The notes under the pieces are model-generated. The model had not been told where the DNA came from and did no database searches. It saw nothing but the letters and a program-made list of their open reading frames with translations. Below, piece after piece: positions 42,922 through 51,333 of a stretch of DNA of 64,000 nucleotides. The translations under genes and the position numbers were made by a program. Source of the stretch: Bacteroidota bacterium (lineage in GTDB: Bacteria > Bacteroidota > Bacteroidia > Bacteroidales > FEN-979); the NCBI GenBank assembly GCA_037134895.1, contig JBAXLI010000009.1, positions 3,855-67,854 on the forward strand. Direction: 5' to 3'. Positions within the stretch are counted from its first letter, which is position 1. The number at the start of each line of letters is the position of its first letter.

Positions 42922-44757
42922 ATGAAAAGGATTCTGATTATTGCTGCATTACTGATAACGGGGTTCTTGTATGCACAGGATGCCGTTAAAAGCGGATCTA
43001 TGTTAAAAGGAAACGAGTCAGCGGGGAAATACGACCGTGTTTCACTCACCATGCTGATGCTTTCTATGCCGGGTGAGCGTTATACCGATGACATTAAAAC
43101 CGTGTTCAGGGATGTTCACATTCCCGACAAATTCAATGACAACCTTGTAACAACCCGGTTCCTGAACCCATCCCTTCAGAGCAACAAGTCTGGCAGTCCG
43201 ACTTATAATTTCACGAATCCCGGCAATGGAGTAATAGGTGGCCCGGAACTGAAAAATATAATGGTAAACGGCAAGGTTTCCAACCAGATCATTGCAAAAT
43301 GGTTCGGAAGGAAGCCTGATGGTACTTTTTCGGAAGACGTGCTCAAGGAAAGAGGCTTGTACAATGCTGTTGACGGGGATGTGCTCATTGCCAATGCCAG
43401 TGTGGCTAAACAAAGGCTGAGTGACCAGGGAGAGCGGATGATAGGCAGGAGCTTTATTATTGTAATGGATTATAACTGGGTAAGAAGTGTGGCAGAGATC
43501 CGTTCGGGAACCGACGATAAGAGCAAGGCGATGGCTTCGCAATATGCCGATAAAAACGGTTATGTTGGCCAGGGCCAGGCCTATATTTTCCAGCTCGTCT
43601 GGAATGACTCGGTACAGTCTGTTTTCTATAATGATTTCTGGGCAGGCCCTAATGACAAAACCTCGGTCATCCAGGCCCGTGAGAAGGCCTTTAACGAAGC
43701 CCGCTTCGAGGTACGGTATCTTTTAAGTGTGTCGGTGGATGGCGATGGTACCCAGCCCAACCCCGATACATTTCTCGGAAAGCTTACCAGGCAGAAGTCG
43801 AGGGACGAATTATTTCAGAAGCTGGTTTATACAAGCATCGACAATGCCGTATTCAAGATTGAAAGGGTTGTCGAAGATTTTAAAGTCAAAGTCCCTGTTG
43901 CTGCCATCCATCCAATACGGGCAAAAATTGGCCGTAAGGAAGGGCTGAGGGTCGACCACCGCTATTACGTATTTGAAGCGGTGCAGACCGACCAGGGTGT
44001 AAAAATGAAACGAAGGGGTGTGATCAGGGCTACAAGTAAGATTGCCGACAACCGCCAGGTTGCAACCGGAACCACATCCGCAGAAATGATGTCAAAATTT
44101 TACCAGGTTGCCGGGCGCAGGCTTGACGTGGGCATGAGGATGCAGCAACGAAATGATATAGGCATCGGGATCAACCTTGGAGTAATTGCACAATCATCAG
44201 ACTATTCGAACCTGTTATTCACAGGTGGGCTGGAATATAATCTCTCCCCGCTGCTCAGCCATATTATCAGGCGGATACCCCACTCAATCAAGCTGGGGGT
44301 GGATTTCAGTTACGGCACACCCAAATATCCTATCGACTACCAGACCCTTCTCCCGGGGTTTGTTCCACCTTCAGATGCTGCGACGGAATTTAAGCTTTCA
44401 ACAATGCGCTTCAGTTTCAGTCTTTCAAAGGATTTTCACTTTTTCAGGGTGATGCGTTTTACTCCTTTTGTAGGATATGCAATGGAAACTGCGAAATTCA
44501 ACTCCGATCTGGTTTATTATTACGGGTATGACAAATCGAAAGACTTTACAAAGATTAAGAAAGACAGTACCTATGCTAAGATCAATTTCTTTACCGTAGG
44601 GGCAAAACTCGGGATCAACATCACAAGTTTTATGCAGCTGATGCTTTATTTCAATGCCCTCGGGCCAAATTACAAGGGATATGACGCGGGACTCTATCAG
44701 CCAGCTATTAAAAACAACTGGATGGAGTTCGGGGCCTTCCTGCATTTTGAATTTTAA
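42922..44757 (+). CDS. Operon gene D: putative outer-membrane protein (soluble N-terminal region + C-terminal beta-barrel)
   Basis: 611 aa with signal peptide MKRILIIAALLITGFLYAQ. The last ~200 aa show alternating hydrophobic beta-strand periodicity (IKLGVDFSYG, MRFSFSLS, FFTVGAKLGINI). The terminus is ...FGAFLHFEF, ending in an aromatic residue as in OMPs. Confidence 0.55.
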   Translation: MKRILIIAALLITGFLYAQDAVKSGSMLKGNESAGKYDRVSLTMLMLSMPGERYTDDIKTVFRDVHIPDKFNDNLVTTRFLNPSLQSNKSGSPTYNFTNPGNGVIGGPELKNIMVNGKVSNQIIAKWFGRKPDGTFSEDVLKERGLYNAVDGDVLIANASVAKQRLSDQGERMIGRSFIIVMDYNWVRSVAEIRSGTDDKSKAMASQYADKNGYVGQGQAYIFQLVWNDSVQSVFYNDFWAGPNDKTSVIQAREKAFNEARFEVRYLLSVSVDGDGTQPNPDTFLGKLTRQKSRDELFQKLVYTSIDNAVFKIERVVEDFKVKVPVAAIHPIRAKIGRKEGLRVDHRYYVFEAVQTDQGVKMKRRGVIRATSKIADNRQVATGTTSAEMMSKFYQVAGRRLDVGMRMQQRNDIGIGINLGVIAQSSDYSNLLFTGGLEYNLSPLLSHIIRRIPHSIKLGVDFSYGTPKYPIDYQTLLPGFVPPSDAATEFKLSTMRFSFSLSKDFHFFRVMRFTPFVGYAMETAKFNSDLVYYYGYDKSKDFTKIKKDSTYAKINFFTVGAKLGINITSFMQLMLYFNALGPNYKGYDAGLYQPAIKNNWMEFGAFLHFEF

Positions 44758-44775
44758 TCAAACACTGAAACAAGT

Positions 44776-45282
44776 ATGAAAACTCTGAGAATCCTTTTTC
44801 TTTTTTTATTGGTAAGCGGATTAAGTTCTCCCGCTTTTACGCAATCTAAAAGCAAGAAAAAACTTGCCGGTTACACGATTGACAATTACGAAATTGAATG
44901 TGTGGGAGTGGGATCAGAAGGAACTAAACTCTGGAAGGTATGGGGTTACGGAAAAAAGCCCGATGTGGCGATACTCCAGGCAAAGCGAAATGCAGTGCAT
45001 GCCGCCATTTTCAAGGGAGCCTGGGTGGGAAAATGCCCGAAGACAGAGCCTCTTGTGTCAGATCCTGCCGTTGAGGAAAACAACCAGGAGTACTTCGATA
45101 AATTTTTCGAGAACGGAGGCACATACCTGAGTTTTGTTGCCCTGAGCGGCGACGGGATGGAAGAAAGGGTGAAGGTTGGGAAGCAATACAAGGTTGCAAT
45201 CGTGGTATCGGTCATGTATGCCCAGCTGCGAAAGGAGCTTGAGAGGGCAGGAATAGTGAAATCATTGAATAACGGCTTTTAA
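44776..45282 (+). CDS. Operon gene E: small secreted protein
   Basis: 168 aa with signal peptide LFLFLLVSGLSSPAFTQ. The motif GVGSEG...AILQAKRNAVHAAIF is weakly reminiscent of LPP20-type periplasmic lipoproteins. Confidence 0.5.
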   Translation: MKTLRILFLFLLVSGLSSPAFTQSKSKKKLAGYTIDNYEIECVGVGSEGTKLWKVWGYGKKPDVAILQAKRNAVHAAIFKGAWVGKCPKTEPLVSDPAVEENNQEYFDKFFENGGTYLSFVALSGDGMEERVKVGKQYKVAIVVSVMYAQLRKELERAGIVKSLNNGF

Positions 45283-45294
45283 ACATCAGGGGAT

Positions 45295-46242
45295 ATGAAA
45301 AATATTTTTATCGCAGTTCTTTTAACGGCCTTCTCGGCAATAGCCTTCGGCCAGGCCAAAAAGCCAACTATAATGGTTATGCCCAGCGATGTATGGTGCC
45401 AGAAGAACGGGTTCATGACAGTTTACGATAACCAGGGCACACAGCAGAGCGTACCTGATTACAAGAAAGCCTTGCAGAATGACCCGGATCTGCTGCTTGT
45501 CATTGCCAAGATTAATACCATGATGACCGACAGGGGTTTCCCTTTGAAGAACCTCGAATCGGTTATTAAAAATAACGAAAACCAGGCGGCCCAGGACAAC
45601 ATGAGGACGAGTAAGGCTGGCTCTGCGCTGGCCGAAAGTCCGCTCGACAAACTGAAGAAAGCTGCCAGGGCTGATATTATCATGTATCTCACTTATACTA
45701 TCAACCAGACCGGGCCCAAAAAATCGGTTACATTTAACTTGCAGGGCATCGATGCCTATACCGGGAAACAAATCGCCGGGGCACAGGGCACCGGACAACC
45801 TTCCTTTTCGGCCGAACTCCCTGTCCTGCTCGAAGAAGCTGTGATCGCCCATCTTGACAACTTCAATGCCCAGCTCCAAAAACATTTTGACGACCTCTTC
45901 GCAAACGGACGTGAGATCACGGTTAGGGTACAGATGTGGGACAATGGCTCCGGCACCGACATGGAAACAGAGTACGGAGGCAAGGAACTGAACGAGATCC
46001 TTGATGAATGGATGGCTGCGAATACAGTCAAAGGCCGTTACAGCAAGTCGGAGTCGAGCGAAAATTACATGTTCTTCGAGCAGGTGAGGATCCCACTGTT
46101 CAACGAATCAGGAAAGTCCCAGGATGCGAAGGATTTTGTTCAGTTACTGCGGAAGTTCCTGAAAGACCCGCCTTACAGCCTGAGCTGCAAAGCCGATATG
46201 AACGGGCTTGGGGCAGGACTGCTTTATATTGGAGAAAAGTAA
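45295..46242 (+). CDS. Operon gene F: secreted protein of unknown function
   Basis: 315 aa with signal peptide IFIAVLLTAFSAIAFGQ. The mature N-terminus is AKKPTIMVMPSDVWCQKNGFM. No catalytic motif recognised. Confidence 0.5.
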   Translation: MKNIFIAVLLTAFSAIAFGQAKKPTIMVMPSDVWCQKNGFMTVYDNQGTQQSVPDYKKALQNDPDLLLVIAKINTMMTDRGFPLKNLESVIKNNENQAAQDNMRTSKAGSALAESPLDKLKKAARADIIMYLTYTINQTGPKKSVTFNLQGIDAYTGKQIAGAQGTGQPSFSAELPVLLEEAVIAHLDNFNAQLQKHFDDLFANGREITVRVQMWDNGSGTDMETEYGGKELNEILDEWMAANTVKGRYSKSESSENYMFFEQVRIPLFNESGKSQDAKDFVQLLRKFLKDPPYSLSCKADMNGLGAGLLYIGEK

Positions 46243-46260
46243 ACCTTAAAAGGAATTCTT

Positions 46261-47235
46261 ATGAAGAAGATTTTGCATTTTTTACTGCTCATGGTTGTAT
46301 TCTCCCCCTTTGCCACTCATGCTCAGAATACCCAGGGAAAGACCGCAGATGTTGGAAGATTATCCCTCACACCTGTTGTGTCCGATGAGGTTTCAGCCAT
46401 CCCTGCCGAAGCAAAAAACTATCTTGCCAATAAACTCCAGCAGATAGCCACCCTTAACGGGCTGGGCGGCAAAGCCCATAATCCCTGGTTTGTGATAACG
46501 GCAAACATATCGGTGGTCTCGAAAGATGTTCTTGCAGGTCCTCCCCAGATGATTGCCCAGAACCTTGAAGTTACGCTGTATATTGCCGATTACAGGCAAA
46601 AAACCGTACTGAGTACATTAAGCCTTTCGGTCAAAGGAGTTGGCACAAACGAAACCAAAGCTTTCATGGAAGCGATAAAGAATATCAAAGCGGTCAATCC
46701 GGAGATCAAGCTGTTTGTCGAAAACGGAAAAAACAAGATCATTGAATTTTACAATTCAAACTGTGATTTTGTATTGACAGATGCGGAAACTAAATGTGCC
46801 CAGAAGAAATACCAGGAAGCGATCTTTACACTTACTGCGGTACCAGATGTGTGCAAAGATTGTTACATGCAGGCAAACAAGGCAGTAGGCCCGATCTACC
46901 AGCTCTATGCCGATTTTAATTGCAAAGTCATGCTGAACATGGCTCAGAATGCCTGGAATGCACGGCCGAACAGTGCAGGTGCAGAACAGGCTGCAAGGGC
47001 CCTTTCAACTATTGACCCCGAAGCGGCCTGCTATGCAGACGCAAAACAATTCATGACGCAGATCGCACAGAAGGTGCTTGAGGATGAGAAGCGCGATGTG
47101 GCTATGGAAATGAAAGTTCATGACGACAAGGTTGATCTTGAAAAGCAACGGATCGAAGCCGCCCGGGCCGTTGGAGTGGCTTACGGGACAAACCAGCCTC
47201 AGCAGTCATACAATTTCAAAGGATGGCTTTGGTAG
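46261..47235 (+). CDS. Operon gene G: secreted protein of unknown function (Cys-rich helical C-terminal half)
   Basis: 324 aa with signal peptide ILHFLLLMVVFSPFATHAQ. Six Cys residues lie in the C-terminal half (NSNCDF, ETKCAQ, PDVCKDCYM, DFNCKV, EAACYA). Confidence 0.5.
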   Translation: MKKILHFLLLMVVFSPFATHAQNTQGKTADVGRLSLTPVVSDEVSAIPAEAKNYLANKLQQIATLNGLGGKAHNPWFVITANISVVSKDVLAGPPQMIAQNLEVTLYIADYRQKTVLSTLSLSVKGVGTNETKAFMEAIKNIKAVNPEIKLFVENGKNKIIEFYNSNCDFVLTDAETKCAQKKYQEAIFTLTAVPDVCKDCYMQANKAVGPIYQLYADFNCKVMLNMAQNAWNARPNSAGAEQAARALSTIDPEAACYADAKQFMTQIAQKVLEDEKRDVAMEMKVHDDKVDLEKQRIEAARAVGVAYGTNQPQQSYNFKGWLW

Positions 47236-47254
47236 AAATTTTTAATCAGGAAAC

Positions 47255-48568
47255 ATGAGAAAAGTATTATCAGCAATAAGCATCAGCCTGCTTGTTTTAA
47301 TGATATCGGCTGCTGGCATCTGCGCCCAGGAAAAGGTCATTGAAAAAAGCGGGAAAAAGCCCGCCTGGGTGAACTCGGTCGAAAAAGGATATATCATCGA
47401 GATGGGCCATGGGACCACTGCCGATGAGGCAAAGGAAAAAGCCATGCTGCAGATCAAGGAATCTATGATACGCTCTGTTGCCGACCTGGTTTCTTCCAGT
47501 ACCACCATGACCTCCATTGTAAAAATGACAAACAACAAGTCGCAGATAAACGACGATTTCACCACGGCGGTTCGGTCGAGGACTGCTAAAATGCCTTTCA
47601 TCAAAGGGATCTCGGTGAGCAAGGCCAGCGATTTTTACTGGGAGAAGGTGAAGGATCCGAAAACCGGTGCAGTTTCGGTGAATTATCATATCAAATATCC
47701 ATTCCCAAACTCAGAGCTCAATGCGATCATTGCTGAATTCGAGAAGGATATGAAGGAGAAGGCCATGATGGTTGAGGCCCTCTGCCAGCCTGCAGCGAAT
47801 TCAACGAACCTCGATGAAATCGTTCAGAAATTCAGGGAACTGCTGAGCCTGATCCCCCAGCTCGAGGAACCCGTTAAAACCAATGCCCTGGTTTGTGAAG
47901 CTACCTACAGGAACCTCCTGAAATCCTTATCCATCCTTTCAACAGCATCTTCGGCGGGCAATCTTTCGTATATCATCAGCTCAGGGGGTAAGACCTTCAG
48001 GTCGACGTCGAAACCCCTTATTAAATCGAACTGTGCAGGGAACTTCACCTTCACCACATCCGCCGACACCAGTAAAATAGGATATTCCTATAATGGATGT
48101 TATGAAAGCCAGGCGAATAAGGTGAGCGTGGAATACCATTTCGAAGACATCACAATGAAATCGGAATTCCCTTTCGAGATTGGCGCAGGCAAGATTGAGT
48201 TTTCCCTGTCCGACGGGGTCTCCATTACCGAAACCGATGGTGATTCGCTAAGCATCAGGCAGTGCCAGGTAAGGGTGAACCTGAATTTGAAATTCGCCAC
48301 CGGTTTTATCGTTAAACGCATCACCCTCGAATTGCCGGGAGCAAGTCCGGTAAGGTTTGAAGGACTCAGTATCAAAGTGAGCGGAAAGGGGCTGCATGCG
48401 ATAAGCGCCGAAGGCAGTGCAATGATCAGGAAGAGCACGGTCTCGTCGAGGCAGGGCCTGGGAAACCAGGCTTCAGGAAGCATTGAATACTTTGACCCCA
48501 TGAGCGGGACAACTGCTGTTTACAAGTTCTACAACGAAAAAACCGACATTCGTTTATTGCAACAGTAG
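47255..48568 (+). CDS. Operon gene H: secreted protein of unknown function
   Basis: 437 aa with signal peptide SISLLVLMISAAGICAQ. The N-terminal block KPAWVNSVEKGYIIEMGHGTTADEAKEKAMLQIKESMIRSVA is LPP20-like. The C-terminal half is predicted beta-rich. Confidence 0.5.
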   Translation: MRKVLSAISISLLVLMISAAGICAQEKVIEKSGKKPAWVNSVEKGYIIEMGHGTTADEAKEKAMLQIKESMIRSVADLVSSSTTMTSIVKMTNNKSQINDDFTTAVRSRTAKMPFIKGISVSKASDFYWEKVKDPKTGAVSVNYHIKYPFPNSELNAIIAEFEKDMKEKAMMVEALCQPAANSTNLDEIVQKFRELLSLIPQLEEPVKTNALVCEATYRNLLKSLSILSTASSAGNLSYIISSGGKTFRSTSKPLIKSNCAGNFTFTTSADTSKIGYSYNGCYESQANKVSVEYHFEDITMKSEFPFEIGAGKIEFSLSDGVSITETDGDSLSIRQCQVRVNLNLKFATGFIVKRITLELPGASPVRFEGLSIKVSGKGLHAISAEGSAMIRKSTVSSRQGLGNQASGSIEYFDPMSGTTAVYKFYNEKTDIRLLQQ

Positions 48569-48591
48569 TCGCAGCAGTAGGAATTTTCCTT

Positions 48592-48599
48592 TACCTTTG
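48592..48599 (+). promoter_or_regulatory. -7 box TACCTTTG upstream of the START-like gene
   Basis: The TAnnTTTG match lies 24 nt after the gene H stop. It overlaps the track start codon (48597), which I therefore reject. Confidence 0.4.
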
Positions 48600-48617
48600 T
48601 TGCATAAAAATTACGAT

Positions 48618-49271
48618 TTGATAACATTACCAAAACAGAGGCGCAGGGATAAATCCTCGACTGCGTTGTTCCCTATACTCATTTTCTCAGTGATGTTTGT
48701 TTTGAGTTTGAGCTCGTTCGCCCAGACCTGGAATTTCATAAAAGAAAAAGACGGGATAAAGATCTATACAAGAACCCCCGAAAATTCAAATTTCAAATGT
48801 TTCAAGGGAGAAACGGTATACAATACCACCATGGATAAAATTAATAATTATATCGGTAATGTTGAGAACATCAACTGGTGGGACAAAAATTTACGGGAGA
48901 TCAAGGTGTTGTCATCTGTACGCGATAAGGAGATGAGGTATTACCTGATCTATGATGTCCCCTGGCCATTAAGTGACAGGGACCTTTGCGTGGAAGCAAA
49001 GATCACTACCGATCCGTTGACGGGCGAGAGGGTGGTATTTGCGAAACCTTTGCTTGATGTAGTCCCTGAAAAGGAAGGCATAGTAAGGATCAGGAATTAC
49101 TGGCAAAAATGGACCCTTAAGCCCATGGGGAATAATAAAGTTCAGGCTGTACTCGAAGGGTTTGTCGACCCGGGAGGAAGTGTGCCGGCCTGGTTGTATA
49201 ACATGGTCATCGTTGACACCCCGCTCAAGGTGATGAGGGGGATTAAATCCCTGGTGGAAGAAAAGAATTAA
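48618..49271 (+). CDS. START/SRPBCC lipid-binding domain protein (secreted)
   Basis: The block TWNFIKEKDGIKIYTR...YLIYDVPWPLSDRDLCVEAKITTD...GGSVPAWLYNMV fits the START-domain pattern. The start is uncertain. TTG at 48618 gives a good signal peptide (RRRDK...LFPILIFSVMFVLSLSSFAQ). ATG at 48693 is an alternative. Confidence 0.65.
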   Translation: MITLPKQRRRDKSSTALFPILIFSVMFVLSLSSFAQTWNFIKEKDGIKIYTRTPENSNFKCFKGETVYNTTMDKINNYIGNVENINWWDKNLREIKVLSSVRDKEMRYYLIYDVPWPLSDRDLCVEAKITTDPLTGERVVFAKPLLDVVPEKEGIVRIRNYWQKWTLKPMGNNKVQAVLEGFVDPGGSVPAWLYNMVIVDTPLKVMRGIKSLVEEKN

Positions 49272-50560
49272 GGTTTTGTCTGCTGGTACATTTCATTAAT
49301 ATCTTCCATAGACAGTTCTGTATGGAAAATCCTCAGCTCGTCAAGCCAGCCCCTGAAATGATCTGCGAAAGGAGAGTTGTAATTTCCCCAGGAAGTGCCG
49401 GAATAGGCCTGTGAACCTGCTGAATGATTGAATCCCATGGCGAAATCAGGTTCCTGGAGGGGAAGTGTGCCGGCGTATTTCATACCTGTAATGTTCCTGG
49501 CAGGATCCCCTACAGGCCATTGATTGAAATCCTGTTGTTTCATAATCAAACTGTTGATGTAAAGAGTCCCGATCCTGGTCGAACCGCTGTAAGTGAAACA
49601 GATAAATGCCCATTTATCTTCAACCAGGGCCTGCAATCCGCCAGTTAAGGTGAGGTCCTTGCAAAAAATCCATCCCGGCTCTCCTCCATTGTTCTGGGTT
49701 TTTCCATCGCCTGCAAATGTAAGAAGCTCGGTGATCGCCGTGCTGTCGGGCAGGGCATAGGAAGCACCCATCTCGCAGAAAGTGTAATCTTCGCCGATCG
49801 AAAATTCAAACCCTTTGTAATCTCCGAGGCCAAGAATGAGATGCCCTTTCGGGTTCCCTGCAGAATCGAGCTGGTGATACGGGTTGGCTTTGACCCAGAA
49901 TGAGATGGAGAAATCGTTTGTGTTAAGCAGCTGATCGGCGTTAAGAATCTCGATGATAGCTGAAGTGCCGTTAAACGCAACGCATTGCCCCAGAGACCTT
50001 CTAAAGGAATTAGCATAATTCACATCTGTCATTGTGCTCGCATTGTAATTCCCCAGCTGGTCATAGATATTCCCGTTAAAATTCCAGTAAGCGACCTGTC
50101 CCGGGGGGCCGAAACTTCCTGCGGTCGTAAACGCCCGCCATAGATAGGTCATCACAAGTCCGTCAGTCGAACGTATATTCAGGAAGGTCAGCTGGTAACT
50201 GATGCCGCTGCCAAGATCAGCTTTAGGAATGGCTGTGATGGTATTTCCAAAAACAACGTAATTCATGTCAACGTAGGATGAATCGAATACTCTGAAAAGT
50301 TTTATCGTGTTTGCGTTAACGCTCGCCGGGTCGATATTCGACGTCAGGGATGCAACGATTTTTGCATTTGACGGGACATTTGTAGGACTTACAAGGCTGA
50401 GCCCGACTCCTCCTGCCGAAAGTGAATTAAAATCCAGGGTTGGCGGATCGCTTTGCTTGGAACAGCTAAAGATAAATAACAGAACAAAGAAACCAGAGTA
50501 AAAAATTATTCGTTGCACGATGCTTATGTTTTTCGGTAAAATAACGGTAAAGGTACTCAT
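49268..50560 (-). CDS. LamG-like jellyroll domain lipoprotein with an N-terminal Ig-like domain
   Basis: 430 aa with lipobox LFIFSCSK. The LamG/Laminin_G_3 pattern is FSISFWVKAN, WAFICFTY and WLDELRIFHTELSMEDINEMY. Confidence 0.65.
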   Translation of the reverse strand: MSTFTVILPKNISIVQRIIFYSGFFVLLFIFSCSKQSDPPTLDFNSLSAGGVGLSLVSPTNVPSNAKIVASLTSNIDPASVNANTIKLFRVFDSSYVDMNYVVFGNTITAIPKADLGSGISYQLTFLNIRSTDGLVMTYLWRAFTTAGSFGPPGQVAYWNFNGNIYDQLGNYNASTMTDVNYANSFRRSLGQCVAFNGTSAIIEILNADQLLNTNDFSISFWVKANPYHQLDSAGNPKGHLILGLGDYKGFEFSIGEDYTFCEMGASYALPDSTAITELLTFAGDGKTQNNGGEPGWIFCKDLTLTGGLQALVEDKWAFICFTYSGSTRIGTLYINSLIMKQQDFNQWPVGDPARNITGMKYAGTLPLQEPDFAMGFNHSAGSQAYSGTSWGNYNSPFADHFRGWLDELRIFHTELSMEDINEMYQQTKP

Positions 50561-50775
50561 TTATTTCAGAATCATTAAATCTGTATTAATAAATTGTTAA
50601 CAATGAATGCGTTGCGGATATTTTATAGATATTTGCGACGCAGGCTGGTCCTAATAATTATTGATCGAAAGTTAGAAAAATTCTTATCTTTACGATATTG
50701 CAAAGCTTAATTGATTCGGCTAAAATTCAATCAAGTGACTACAAGTAAGGAAATTGATGATCAATACCGGGAAAC

Positions 50776-51333
50776 ATGAAAATCAGGGCAGGAAAATTCA
50801 AAAAACCAGGCAATACTGTAAAAGAATTGACTATTGCGGCAGGCAAAGCCATGAAAAGCGGTTTTTACACTGAAGCCATCTGGTTGCTTTCTGATATCAT
50901 GGAAGCCCGGCTGAAAAAGCTGATCCTGGTCAGCGAAGGGAAAAAGCCAGGCGCAGCCTCCGGCCTGGAACAGCATTTGAAGAGGATCAGGCTGCTGCAG
51001 ACGAGGGAGCAATATTCGGTACTGAGAGAACAGTTTCATATTTCATTGATCAGCAGGCTGAGGGAATGGAAAAATAACCGTAATATCATGATGAAAGACA
51101 TGCTTGAGATGCATGTTTCATATGAGCGGAAAGAAAGAATGGCAAAGATGGGGATCATACTTCTCAAGGAGCTTGACAAGGTTTACAAGCATTATAAACT
51201 GGCTTTCCATTTGCCGCAAGCTGTTGTGGTGCTTTCACCGGAACCTCCTGCCGAGCCTGCTCCCTCAAAAGTGGAAAGCCTGGAGCCACACCCTGACAGG
51301 CATGACAATGAACAAGTAATCAGCAAACTATGA
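50776..51333 (+). CDS. Hypothetical helical protein (first gene of the CHAD-CopA operon)
   Basis: 185 aa with no signal peptide, predicted all-helical, with a Pro/Glu-rich tail. Its stop overlaps the next ATG (ATGA at 51330-51333). Confidence 0.5.
   Translation: MKIRAGKFKKPGNTVKELTIAAGKAMKSGFYTEAIWLLSDIMEARLKKLILVSEGKKPGAASGLEQHLKRIRLLQTREQYSVLREQFHISLISRLREWKNNRNIMMKDMLEMHVSYERKERMAKMGIILLKELDKVYKHYKLAFHLPQAVVVLSPEPPAEPAPSKVESLEPHPDRHDNEQVISKL

Noticed and set aside
46008-46388. 126-aa ORF bridging operon genes F and G in another frame
   Set aside because: It overlaps two genes that have clear signal peptides and regular spacing, and nothing supports it independently.
38819-48568. Whether the 8-gene operon is an anti-phage defence system or a secretion ATPase system
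   Set aside because: I found no nuclease, helicase, methylase, reverse transcriptase, TIR/SIR2/HEPN-like or toxin motif. The only NTPase-related piece is an AAA+ remnant without Walker motifs. Six of the eight products are exported or membrane proteins. I therefore describe it only as an uncharacterised envelope system.
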